From NCBI RefSeq assembly GCF_009914755.1, contig NC_060944.1: a stretch of 64,000 nucleotides of DNA; one strand, given 5' to 3'. The position numbers and the translations under genes were made by a program. Under the pieces are notes generated by a model. It had not been told where the DNA came from, did not search any database, and was given only the letters and a program-made list of their open reading frames with translations. Below, one piece after another: positions 49,901 to 61,698 of the stretch. Source of the stretch: the human T2T-CHM13v2.0 reference genome, Homo sapiens. The stretch's first letter is position 1; each line of letters begins with the position of its first letter.

Positions 49901-51027
49901 AATGCCTGCAGATGCCCACGATGGCAAGTCCTGGGAAGGTAGAATGGCCCTCGCCACAGGCAGTCCAAATAGAGGTGGCATGATCAAGTGTGGCCTTGAG
50001 CTGTATAAGGTGAGTCTATCCCTTAGGTGCTGAATCCCTGTGTGATTCCGAATACCAGGCTGGAAATATCACCTCGTACCTTGTATGTGGGCCCTGACCG
50101 TGAATGCAGGGGTATATTCTGCCCTTCATCAGTCCAAAGCAAGACACATGGCATAGTCTAGTTCAATGGAGCAGGTAAGTATACCTCTCTCATGGACATG
50201 GAAAGGAGGGAGGGAAGAAGGAAATATTTTCCTGACCACCGTGTAATCTATCACATGCCTTAAAATTCTGCCTGGGCATAGTGGAGTACTCCTCCCTCCT
50301 TGGGATAGACGGGAAGGTCTAAGGACCACTCCTCATTCATGCACAAGATTCTAGGCCTCGGACCTCCACTCTGTGTATCTATCAGCCTTTCTGCATACCA
50401 CATCATTTAGATAATGACTCAGGATTAGCCAGATCCCAAATCCCCTGGTCAGTGCTTGTTTCTAGGTGTGGATGTTCACCACCTAAAAACCTAGGCCTAA
50501 GCTGGACTGCCAGGCACATAGCAGCTATGCAAGAATGATTTGTTGAGTAAATGAATGAATGCATGAATGAATGAACAAATGCCCAGCCCACCCCTTGGAC
50601 ATCATTCGTTGGTTTATTTGATGCCTTCTATCTATCAGACCTCCATTTCTGCTGTACACGCAGCTTGGGCAGAGATATTGTGACATAATGTAAAACCCAC
50701 CCACCCCAGACAATGACTGTGCAAGCTCCAGACCCTTTCTTTCTCGGCTTTCACAACAGTGGCCACGGCGTTGGCAGAAATTCCAAAACAGCCTACAAAA
50801 TGTGGATGTGGGAGACCATATCCCCAGAATGTTTTGCAAAAAGCAAATATTGTGACAAACAATTGGAAACATGGTACATTTATCTGCACTTGCAGTAGCT
50901 GCTCATATGTTCACATTAAAACAGTTGAAAATGTATAATTAAAAATCTGTTTCAAAATGCAAAGAACATGTAAAAATAGTTTATCCATTCACAGATTAAA
51001 AACAAAAACAAATAAGTGTGAGTCATG

Positions 51028-51060
51028 AAAAAAAAAAGAAAGAAAGAAAGAAAAGAAAGC
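51028..51060. repeat. (A)n(AAAG)n microsatellite
   Basis: aaaaaaaaaagaaagaaagaaagaaaagaaag. Confidence 0.85.
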
Positions 51061-51879
51061 AAACTCCAACAGGATGCAGGCCCCAATGAATGGCGGCTGA
51101 AACAAGTCTCACAGTATACATATGCCCCATCACCCCCAGTACAGAAACCAGGGGATCTGAGTTGAACCTGTATCCTTTTCAATTTGCATAATTTGATGCT
51201 TTAGTTTCTCTATGTGAGAGGAGTTGTGGGAAAGAATAGTAAGTGAATATCGGGTAAAAAGTCCTCTGCACAGAGCTCAAGACCTAGATGAGGCACACGG
51301 ATCCAACCTTCTAGCAGTAGATACAGACAAGCATCATGGGGAAAGCAGATATTAAATTAAAAGCATTTTTACAACATCTCCACCTCCCAGACTGCTAAAA
51401 TTAGGCTTATCTTTGGCAATTCTGATTCTCTTTCTCTCTTGCCATCAGAGGGAGGTTCTGAGTCTGCCTGTAATTTCCCTGGCATTTTTTTTTTTTTACT
51501 TACATTTGGGAAGGAAGGAAACACCACTTAAGAGAAAAAGAAGGACTTGAGAGAGAAAGGGGAGTAACTAGAAAGCCAAGAGCCATGAGTGGTTTGGCCT
51601 TGAGAGAATTTTAGTTGGGAGTTAATTATAAGAGAAACAAAGAGAAGCCTCTAGGCAGCTATGGAGGGAAGGAGAAGTTAAAATCCAGAGAAATGAGGAA
51701 AGAAAATCTTAATGTTACTGTGAATTATGATTTGGATCTTCTTTGACATTCTTTAAGAGATACCAATAAAAGATTTAAATTGCTCTAAATTCCTTTGATT
51801 GCTGTATGTGATTCTTTGAATATGACACCATGCTGGCACTGGACCACATGGGGCCTTGGTTTTATTTGGGTTACATGAG

Positions 51880-52280
51880 TAAATATGCATTTAATCTACC
51901 CTGTGAAACACGCTCTGACAGAGGTGTGGACACAGTGCTTTGAGAATATGAGAATAAGGGAGTCCCAGAAGAGAAAAGAAGGTTTCCCAGAGGAAGTCAT
52001 GTTTGAGTTGAATGCAAAGGAATATGTTCACCTTATAGGCATGAATTGCAAGGGCATTTCTGGTAGAAGAAATAATATCTGCAAAGAAACAGGGTATTCG
52101 GGAGAAAGTGAAAAGTCTAGTGGGGTGAAGAAGAAACAAGAAAGCTCTGTGGGTAGACAGGAGCTGTATGGTGAAAGGGCTCAAATGCCATTAGCAGAAT
52201 GGCCTTTATTCTGTAATCCACAGGCCTTTATTCTGTAGTCATGGTTTTGAGTGTGGACGTGACATGTTAGAGGTTTTACA
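51880..52280 (-). mobile_element. L2 fragment
   Basis: gaaggtttcccagaggaagtcatgtttgagttg...aagggcatttctggtagaag. Confidence 0.65.
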
Positions 52281-52399
52281 TTCATTTAACACTCTTGCCA
52301 GAGACACTGGACCCCTAAAGCAGCCTGACCTCTTCTGAATCCCATCCCCAGGAGTCACCAGGAGAAATGGAATCAAGAGTGGAGCTGACTCCAGAGGTT

Positions 52400-52680
52400 A
52401 CAAAGGCACTGGCAAGAAGTTCACAGTTCCCATTGAAGAGAAAGACGCACTGAGGAAAATAACGAAGCCATTTGTCATCATCTGAATTCATGTGCGGGAA
52501 ACACATTTGTTTCCAAGGAGCGTGTTCCACAAACTTGTTTAAATGGAAATGGACTTGATTTCAACAGCAATGCAGCCTTGGTGGCAATATGATGTTTTAT
52601 TTTATTGTTTGCAATTAGTGACAAGTGAGGAAAATATCCAAATCACTCCACATCGCACAGGGTGTGTGTTATCCAAGTAC
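52400..52680. promoter_or_regulatory. Putative enhancer island
   Basis: No repeat recognised; tttgtca, tattgtttgcaattagtgaca (SOX/FOX + homeodomain + MEIS-like). Confidence 0.45.
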
Positions 52681-53025
52681 TCAGCTCTGATGAGAGGATG
52701 GGGGCTGGGGAGATGTAACCATGAAGAACTTGAACCTCCAGAGAGGAAACTGAATGAAGTGCGTGGAGTCTTCAAGCTCTTAACCAGTGCAGAGGCATTA
52801 TTGAAAGACAGGAAGTACAGCTGACTTTTGGGATGTAGAGAAAACCAGTGAAGGAAATTTCCCCCAAAGACAGGACAAGCCAGGAGTCAAGGGAACCCAG
52901 ATCAGCTGCAACACAGGAGGAGCTTTGGGAAGAAATTTCCTATGGTTTGAAAAAGAGAGACCTCTGACTTCTCCATTCACCAGCTGGTAAAAAGGCCAGT
53001 GGTCACTGTCCAGTATTGCCTAAGG

Positions 53026-53241
53026 CAGAGTTCCTCAGCCTCAACACTATTGGCATTTAGGTTTGGATAATTCTGTGTGAGGGGTGCTATACTGTGCATT
53101 GAAGGATATTTATCAAAGGACATTTTGGCCTCTACCCACTAGATGCTAGTAGCACTCCTCTCCAGTTTTAACAATCAAAAATGTCTCCAGACACTGCAAA
53201 TGTTCCCAGAGGAACAAACCACCTCCCACTGAGACGCTCTG
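53026..53241 (-). mobile_element. MER20 hAT-Charlie DNA transposon
   Basis: ggcctctacccactagatgctagtagcac...aaaatgtctccagacactgcaaatgttccc. Confidence 0.9.
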
Positions 53242-53569
53242 GCTTGACTTCAATTACCAGTTCTGAATCTTGGTTGAGTTGGAAGAGGAGTCCAGGATTT
53301 TCAAGAGAAAGTTTTGTCCAGCTTAGAAATGCTTCATTCTGAGGAATCTGAAGATCCTCAGCCTACCTCAACAAAGCCCACCATTGCCTTCCCAAAATGG
53401 ACCTGGGGAGCAGGAGAGCTCATTGTCCCTTAACTTTGATCTGCCCAGGACTTCAAGAAAAACTAAAGAAAAACTATGAGATGCCATGGGGCCATGGAAT
53501 GAGCCTGGACTTACAGTTCTATAGGCCTGGGTTTGAGCCCAAGCTCCTCACTTTGTCACACGTGGTCTG

Positions 53570-53990
53570 TCCTTTGCTGACCTGGACACTCCCCTTCTCT
53601 CCATGCTCTAGCCACACTGGTCTGCTGAAAACTCCTCATATATCTCCCATCCAAGTATTAAATCAGGCCTGACCCTGCCTAGCTTCCAAAATCAGACAAG
53701 ATCAGGTGTGTTCAGGGCGGTATGGCTGTAGGCTTCTCATACATCTCACGTGCCACCTCAAGGCGTTTGCACATGCTGTTACCTCTATCTAGAATACTCC
53801 CCTCTCCCCTATTCCCCACACTAGACACACACACACACACACAAACATACACACAAAAACACACCCTAGCTCATTCACTGTACTCATTCTTCAGGTCTCA
53901 GATTAAATGTTACCTCCTCACAGAAGCTTTCCCTGATTCCCTGGACAATTCGGTACCCATGATACACACTGCACCTGTACTATTCACGAT
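53570..53990 (+). mobile_element. L2 3' region (host of the 5S retrocopy)
   Basis: gctctagccacactgg...[5S]...ccacctcaaggcgtttgcacatgctgttacctct...ttcaggtctcagattaaatgttacctcctcacagaagctttccctga. Confidence 0.75.
53643..53733 (-). pseudogene. 5S rRNA pseudogene (RNA5SP-type), 3'-truncated at about nt 90
   Basis: The reverse complement GCCTACAGCCATACCGCCCTGAACACACCTGATCTTGTCTGATTTTGGAAGCTAGGCAGGGTCAGGCCTGATTTAATACTTGGATGGGAGA aligns to 5S rRNA nt 1-90 with mostly CpG-decay changes; 14-bp flanking direct repeat. Confidence 0.95.
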
Positions 53991-54229
53991 TAAAGAACTA
54001 TTGGTGGGGGGAAAAGTTGAGGGAATTTGGGGGAAAGAGAAAAAGAAGTAAGCCTAAGAGAACCTGCCCAAGAAAGAGCAAAGGAAATAACTCCACTTTA
54101 AATTTTAAAACCATAGAGATTAAAAGACAGATCAGCGGCAACAGGAAGGTTTTTCCTTGTTGTCTGGCATCTGTGTATGTTCATAACTGCTTTCCTTCTG
54201 GTATGGAAATAGACCTGCCTAACCTTCCA

Positions 54230-54450
54230 GATGCGAAAGGGGGATGGCATCTGCATAATCTTATTTCATGCTTGTATCAGCCCCAAGTGATAGGGGCCAT
54301 AATATTCCCATTTTACAAATGGAGAAACTGAGACCTCAGTCTGTACTCTCATTCGGAATGTATGTAATCTTCCCAGAACTGTATCACTCATGAGCTGAAA
54401 TTTGGATCCAGGTGCATGAAGTTCCAGAGCCTGTGCTCCTGGCCACCTAT
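54230..54450 (-). mobile_element. MIR SINE
   Basis: ttcccattttacaaatggagaaactgagacc. Confidence 0.75.
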
Positions 54451-54649
54451 AGTGTGAGCCCAATGAACCTGGCAGCCAGGAGGGAATTGGCCCAATGCTG
54501 GGCTGGGGCACGAAGGTGACTTTCAATAAATATTTACTGAATGAGCAGAGGCAGCAGTGGGATTCACTTCGGGGAAAGTTGAATCCAGCCTGTGTGCAGC
54601 GGAGCTCAACCCCCGCCTACCCCACCCCACCACCACCGCCCCACCCCCG

Positions 54650-54965
54650 CTCACTTATCACCATGTAATTGAAATAATGCCTATCGACAGAAACTCACAA
54701 ACAACTGCTCAATTTTCCTCAAAATTCAATTAAACTTCGTTTATTCTGGGGATCGATCCAATTAAAAGAAGGAAAATTTCAGATGGTCTGAGCAACACCA
54801 TCCATCTTCAAACACAGTGTCTACCCCAGTGATGTAATAATTTGCCCAATCAATGCTTTAAAAGCATTTAGCAGTCTTGATAATGAACTTTTGTCAAAAT
54901 AGCCTTGCAGAGCAATAAGTGCCTGCAGATTAATATGAAGTCATAAAGGGCTAATGCCTTGGGGT
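54650..54965. promoter_or_regulatory. Putative conserved enhancer
   Basis: tgtaattg, caattaaa twice, GGATCGATCC, ccaatcaat, gattaat, gtcataaa (posterior HOX/CDX-like), ttatca (GATA). Confidence 0.55.
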
Positions 54966-55339
54966 GGAAGGGGGATGACGACATGAATCAGTGGGAGCTG
55001 TGGGCTGGGGCATCATCCTTCCACACCTTCTCAGAACTAGGTATGAGCAGTTAGCAGGACCCAGAAAATGCTGAATGTACTTCCTTGTTTCTGCTCTGTC
55101 TGCAGGTTCCTCTCCCCTCCACAGTCTCAAGACCCAGACTCCACCAGCCAGGTCCTGTGATGCTCAGATCACCCTCAGGGCATTTCAGGCACCCCACTGT
55201 ATTGGAGAAAATGTCCAAAGGGAGGAAGCTTTGCTTGGAAGAAAGTCTGCCTCTTGGCCATCTACCATCTCTGAAAGCTCTGGCTTCAAAAATGGTCTTT
55301 GAGCTGCAAGAACTTTCTTTTCTCTTACCCTTTTTCTTG

Positions 55340-55450
55340 GGGTATTCAACTTACTAGCTGTGTGACCTTGAGCATGTTACTTAAGGTCTCTGACCTTTTG
55401 TTTCTTCATCTGTAAAATGGTGATGATAGCATTTGTTGAAGCTCAGAGGA
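55340..55450 (+). mobile_element. MIR SINE
   Basis: acttactagctgtgtgaccttgagcatgttacttaa...ttcttcatctgtaaaatgg. Confidence 0.8.
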
Positions 55451-55559
55451 GGGAGGTTGGGTTGGATTTCTGGGTGACAAAGATGCAAAGATTAAAAAGA
55501 CCCAGGCTTTATCTGTAAAGACTTTAGAGGCACCAGGGGAAAAGCAGGTGAAAACAACT

Positions 55560-56000
55560 ACAAGGCAAGAAGCTAGCACTGTTAAAGATGTCTGAAGCCA
55601 GTACTAGAAACAGTGCCCAAGAGAGGGCTTCACCAAGGCACTGCAGTTTGAACAGCTTTTGACCAAAGAGCAGGTATTTGCCAGGTCAAGAAGAGAAAGG
55701 AAAGGTGTATAAGCTGAGGGGGCTGCAAGTTCAGAGGCCCAGAGTCATGACAAGGCTTCCTCAAGGTGCACAGAAGGCCCAAGTCAGAGTCAGGAAACAG
55801 AGAGGAGCAGGCTAAGCTAGAGCTTTGAAAGTCTCATCAGCTAGGCTAAGGAGCTTGTCCTTTATCCTTAAAGAAATAGGGAGCCACGGAAGGTGTTAAT
55901 CAAGGGATTGATATGAGGAGAACAGCACTTGGAAAAGTTCAATCAGGCGACCTTGAGAGGGATGGGCTGGTGGGGATGAGACAGTCAGAATGGTTTAGGT
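55560..56000 (-). mobile_element. L2 fragment
   Basis: gctaaggagcttgtcctttatcct...aatagggagccacggaaggtgttaa. Confidence 0.55.
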
Positions 56001-56527
56001 GAGCCATGATGTAGCCAGGGTGGTGGAACCACACAGCTCCACTCCCCTAGGAATTCCCCCAACCACCCTCTCCCCACACTGAACACACCCACCCCAAATT
56101 CCCTGTTCCCAACCAGTGTCCACATGCCCCCAGACAGGAAGCCCAGGAGTCCCTCTACACACCTTCCTTTTCCATTCCCCGCAATTTCTAGAATTTCCTC
56201 AGAAATCTTCTGCCTGAATGCTAGATCCTGTTTGGACAAACATGGTTTCTCATCCCAAAAAGTTAAGCTCACTTTAGTCCCCCACGAGGCCCCCTTCACT
56301 CTTTCAGAGGAAGGTCAGGGTACAAAGTTCCTTGCAACCAGACAGGGGCATGCCCAGAGTTGTCCATGGTACTGGTTGTGTTGGTTCCAGAAGAGGAAGG
56401 GAAAGGTGTTTCCCAAGATAGGTCAGAAACCTTCATGTGGAGTTCGAGGCATTCCCCTCCAAAATCAGTCACTTCTGGGGAAGCTGGGCCAGTCTGAGCT
56501 GGGACGGCCAAGATGGGCTGAACTGGG

Positions 56528-56912
56528 TGATATGGTTCGGCTCTGTGTACCCACCCAAATCTCATCTCAAATTATAATCCCACATGAAGAGGGAGGGACC
56601 TTAATTCCCACATGTCGAGGAGGGGAGGTGATTGGATCATGGGGGCGGTTTCCCCCATGGTGTTCTCGTAATAGTGAGTGAGTTCTCACGAGAGCTGATG
56701 GTTTTATAAGGGGCTCATCCCCTCTCACTCTCTCTCCTCTGTCTCCTGCCACCTTGTGAAGAAGGCGATTGCTTCCCCTTCACCTTCCGTCATAATTGTA
56801 AGCTTCCTGAGGCCTCCCCAGCCATGGAACTGTGAGCCAATTAAACCTCTTTCCTTTACAAATCTTGAGTCTTGGGTATTTCTTTATAGCAATGTGAAAA
56901 TGGACTAATATA
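56528..56912 (+). mobile_element. THE1D-type MaLR solo LTR
   Basis: tgatatggttcggctctgtgtacccacccaaatctcatctc...ttcctgaggcctccccagccatg...ggactaatata; perfect TSD ctggg/ctggg. Confidence 0.95.
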
Positions 56913-57249
56913 CTGGGCAAGTCCCTGGGCCTTGAAGTGGTCCACAATTCATCAGAGCCTGCCCCGCCTCTCTCACTCCAGCCCTCTAGGCTGGGGCTAC
57001 CTTGCGGGGTCTGTGCACTGATGTGGAGAACAGGATACAGCTCCAGCCTCCAACACCAGCAATTCCTTCAGCATCTCCTCCCCACGCCTGAACTAGCCCT
57101 TTAAAAACCAGAAGAAAATATCAGGGGCTGGCTGGTGCTTTAAAAGCTGGGGATCTGGGTGGCCAAAGGAATGAAACTCCTGCTCCACTCACCGGAAGTC
57201 ACTGCTCCCCTACGGGATGCCAGGCCCTGACCTGCCATCACAGAGGCTC

Positions 57250-58000
57250 CAGATTTGGAAAGAGGAGGATTAAGAATTAAAGGGGGGAGAGGGAAGGGAA
57301 CTTGTGCTGCTAGATCACGGGGAGTATTAAATGATCCCAAGTCCAGAAATGCCTTTTCAAAGACTTCTGCCATTAGGACTTAATATTAAATTTACTCCTT
57401 CTGTGCCTTAAAAAATAGCTAATTTTTTTTTTCAAAAGGTACTTTTGATGCCAAAGGTATGGCTTAGGCTGAAAGGCACCAGCACATCAAACATCATTTG
57501 GGGGATTTCAAAGGGCTGTTTCAGCAGGATCCTGTTCTCTTCGTCCCCCTCCTCGGCTGATGAAGTTTCTGAGCCCCCTGAAGTCGGATCTTGTGTTCTT
57601 GGCTATCAAAGGCCCCAGCAACATTGCGTCTGTCTGTCTGTCCCAGTGAAACTTTTGCAAAGAAAGCCTCCCTTTTACACAGAGATCTGAGGGCAGAATA
57701 AAAAGGATGCTGATTTGCGAGGAAACAGGAGGGAAGCCCTGCTGGGCCGATAGGAATCTTTTGACTTAACCGAGGCCAGATTTGAATACATTTGGCCCAG
57801 ACAAGGGGGTTTGGGATGGAAATCCATTACTTTGGAGAAAAGCTTCACAGGGTTTCAAAAGGAAATATGTTAATGTTGGGAGAAATCATTTGTGTGGGTT
57901 TGTGTGTGAGTGTTTCAGATGCCCCCAAGTTTAACATCGCCAACCAGGAGCAAAAAGCAAGAGCCGTGGAATTAAGTCGCCGCTGTTCAGGGGAGGCATA
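57250..58000. promoter_or_regulatory. Putative enhancer region
   Basis: No repeat recognised; ggattaagaattaa, ttaatattaaa, gctaattt, acatcaaa/tttgatg (TCF/LEF-like), ggaattaagtcgccg. Confidence 0.4.
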
Positions 58001-59819
58001 AGGAGCTGGAGGACTGGGTGGGCTCGGCAGCTTCCCTGGTCTTGCCCCTGCACTCCTCACCCAGCTGGGACTAGGGTCTGAGACTCAGACCGACGGGGAG
58101 CCCCAGCCTGAGGCACAGTGCTCAAAGGGCTTCCCTTTCCTTAAGATCCCACTCAGAGTCTCAAGGCCAATGCTCACAGAGATCTCCCAGATCATTCCCA
58201 GTGTCCAGAAGCAAAGACCAGAGCCTGAGAGGGGAAGGGCATTGTCACAGAGGCTTTGCGGGTCAGGCCTCTGGACTCGAGTCCCTGGCCCACATGGCTT
58301 CTCCCCATACCTCTTGCTCAACAAGCATTTGATCTGCTCTCTGAGGACTGCACCTGGGTGACAGTTTATACTTCTACTCATGGCACTCCGGAAATGAAGT
58401 GCCTGTCACACCCAGCCCTGAGGACAGGGATCCCTGTGGCCTGCCTTGTTCAAGGCCCCATAAAAACAGAATAATTACTATCAGATAATTAGTCAGAAAT
58501 TTCCCCCTGTGGTTTCAGGAGACAGTAGCCCTGGATTCAGGAGCCGTGAGTCCTGGGCTCAGTTTGGTCTCCCTCTGGTCCTCACTTTCTTCCTCTGCCA
58601 AATGAGGACAACTCCAGCAGTCCCGTCTCTACTTTGTAAGACCACTGAGAAATTCCACTTAGGTCAGAAATAAATGCTGTGAGCAGGGAGTCCCCAGAGC
58701 AGGGCAACAGGAGCCTCTCCCACCCTCCAGTAGGCTCAGACACAGCAGGAAAAACGGAGTAGGTTGTTTTAAAGGCTGTTCTGTGTGGTTGTAGCAAGTG
58801 CACCTGAGTCGCTAAGAAGCCTTGCATTCTCACATCAGCCCTGGAATTTCACCACAGTTTCAGGGCTCTCTTCTTCATTAGGAAAATGGTTGATAGAATT
58901 TGCAGATGAAAAGAAGCCTAGGGACTTGTTTGTTTGGGTGGAGATGAGGGATGCAGTGGGAGTTAGAATCTGGGGCTGCCTGATTTGGACTCCCATCTGA
59001 GCTTATTTTACCCAAGGAAATGGGGGCCAGCAAAACTCAGCACTTGAATCGGAGCATTGTCCTCCCGCTGCAAAAGAGAAGAGAAAAAAGAGAGACGATA
59101 GCTCATCGTTAATGGTCTTGAATTAAATTAAATTAGTTGAGCCCATCTTGGCTGCTTCCAGCCAGGCAGAGAACGGGGCTGCTGGGGAGGAGCCTGGAGG
59201 TTCCTTTTGCCTCACAGTCCAGTGGCCACCCATAAAGCCATTGCTGACCGTGCACTCTTCCCTCCCGCCGATCGCTACCCCCTCCCCACCACTACCAGCA
59301 GCTCCAGGCTGCAAAGTGTCAAACAGGATGGTGATGGGACCACTGGGATAGGGGCGGCTCCCCAGAGCCTGCAATCTTTGGAACATTGTCATCGAGAAGG
59401 TCACCATTATCAGGAGAAGGAGGGCATCCTGAGCTCAGCCACAGGCCAGACTCCCATATTTCCCTTTCCACCTTCTTGCCCTGAGCCAGAGAGGTAGCAA
59501 ACATGCACATTGGTGCCCGAGTCAAACTCACAAACCAGAGTAATGCCTGATAACATGGTATTTGAGTATAGCAGCCCTGGGCAACCCAGAGCTACCAGAG
59601 TATTGTTTGGGTTCATGGGCTGTCCAAGGCTCTACCATGTTTGTTTGAACACACAGGACTATGAATTCTCTCTCTGCAAGTAGTCCAAGTCAGGCTGTGG
59701 CCTTCCATGACCACATCAGTTCAGTTATCATTCAAGGGATGCAAACTTCCCATCAGGTAGCACAAGGCAATTTAATACCAGCAAAGGGGCACAGGGCTGA
59801 GAATCTGCGGGGTGCGGGG

Positions 59820-60030
59820 GGCATGGGTTTCCTGTCACAGGATGGCCCACTTAGCCATATGGGACCCTGTGGCTCAGGACTGACCCCCCAGAGACATATT
59901 GAGCTCCCTGACTCAGGATTGTCACACTGGGGCATGCTAAGACTTCCTAACTCAGGCCTGGGCCCCCAAGTCACACTAGGACCCTTCACTCAGGGCTGGC
60001 CCACTACAGCGAGCTGGGACTTCCCCAAGA
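59820..60030. repeat. Decayed 38-39 bp minisatellite (5-6 units)
   Basis: C(T/A)CAGG core at 59836, 59873, 59912, 59951 and 59989. Confidence 0.6.
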
Positions 60031-60079
60031 CCAAGCAGAACATTGGCTGCTCAGCCCAAGGCTCGGAGGCCAAAGAGCA

Positions 60080-60600
60080 TCCCCAGAATCCCTGCGAGAT
60101 AGGACTTTTAAATCTATTTATAGATAAGGAAGCTGATACTTGGAGAGGTCAAGTAGCTTGCCAAGAGGACACAGAGCCTAAACAGCTTTCAAGTAATGCC
60201 AAGAGCTAACCTCAGAATGCGGTGACTAAAGCTTTCCATGAGATTCCTCCTACCATCTTCACAACTTCCATGAGGCAGGACTAGTTTTGTCCAGTTTTGT
60301 ACACACAGCAGTTGAAACTCAGACCGGTCGAACCACATTGTCCCGTCGCACAGCTGGAGCTGGAATCACAACCCACAGCTGCAGAGCCCCAGCAGCCAGG
60401 CATAGTGGTTAAGAGCCCAGACTTTGGAGCCAGCCTGCCTGTGTTCAAGTCCTGCCTTTATCCATTTCCCAGAGATGTGACCTTGGATGAGTTCTTCGAC
60501 AGCTTCTCAGTTGCCCTACCTAATGGAAATAATCTTTGTAATATAGCAACGGTCAGGATCTATAATTGATATTCACAGAACACTTCCAACAGGGCCTGCT
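60080..60600. mobile_element. Cluster of MIR SINEs
   Basis: tttatagataaggaagctga...; gcatagtggttaagagcccagactttggagccagcctgcctgtgttcaagtcctg. Confidence 0.8.
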
Positions 60601-60779
60601 AGGTACCAAGTTGTGAGTTTGTTAGATGAATCTTTCTTCTGTACAACCATGATTTCACTCATTCTGTACATAGGAGGGTTAAAACTGGCAAACTGGAGGT
60701 CCCTCCTCTCCAGGCTGCCCCCTGTCCTCTTGGGTCCAAGGTCCAGCAGAGGCACACTGCCAAAAGGTGCCCCAGACCC

Positions 60780-60940
60780 AGCACCTGTAATGCTTCTGTC
60801 AGAGCAAACGAGGCTATTAACTGACGAGCTCTGTGATAGAATTGTCCCGTGTGGTATTTATTATAGGGTCCTTTCCCTGAGACCCCCCAGGGAGAGAATA
60901 TTAAATATTTAATGCATGCGATGCTGCTCGTTTTTCATCC
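60780..60940. promoter_or_regulatory. Putative enhancer island
   Basis: CTGTCA, ctattaa, attgt, tatttatta, and the palindrome attaaatatttaat. Confidence 0.4.
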
Positions 60941-61319
60941 CCACTTCAGCACTCAAGTCAGCTCCAGTCTGGGGGAGAGCCAAAGTCCACCAGCCTGGCC
61001 CCCTCATGCCTTCCCTCCTCCCACCCACTGCCCCTCTCTCTAGGGCACAAAGCCAGACACAGCCTGGGATGGGAATGTAATGAGACCCCCACCCCAGGGA
61101 CGTGCAGCTGAGTCCCACGTGAACCCTGGGAAGGGCTCCTCCATCAGTCACCCTGGGCTGGGGGGCCTGCGGAATGTCAGGGGAAGCAGCGCATCTCATC
61201 TGAAGAGTTGCGATTTGTTGGTCACCAGAGCTTAGGAGCCTCAGAGCACCCTGCCTGCATCTCCTCCTCTCCTCTGCACACATTTCTGACTCCCCCACCC
61301 ACCTGCCAGTTCTCACTCA

Positions 61320-61698
61320 CCACATGCACGTCTGCCAGAGGCTGCTTCTGGCTGCGGAAGCCTGCTCAGCCAGCAGGCATGAGCCAGAATGGCCAGAGAG
61401 ACCAGAGCATACCTGCTGTCGACCAGTGATATACAACGAGATGGTGTATGAAAACCCCAGCGTCCCATGCCTTTCGTGTGGGATAACTCAGGGATGTGTT
61501 CTATGCTGATCCCTGAGGTCCCTGGTAGAGCCCCACAGCGGCCACTGCCCATTAACACACCCTATCTTCGTTCCTTTTCCTCTCGGCTCTCATTTCCCCT
61601 CTCTCCTATACATGCATCCTGGGGTCACCTCCCAAATAAACTTCTGCACTCAAATCCTTGTCTCAGGGGCTGCTCCTGCAGGAACCTAAATGAAGACA
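61320..61698 (+). mobile_element. LTR16-like ERVL LTR
   Basis: tgggataactcagggatgtgttct...tggggtcacctcccaaataaacttctgcactcaaatccttgtctcagg...ggaacctaaatgaagaca. Confidence 0.8.

Noticed and set aside
56574-56628. Internal duplication in the THE1D LTR
   Set aside because: As I recall, a similar duplication occurs in THE1D variants, so it is probably not locus-specific (not verified)
59820-60030. CRISPR-like repeat-spacer array
   Set aside because: The context is a primate genome, the units are degenerate with no constant repeat and unique spacer, and there are no cas genes
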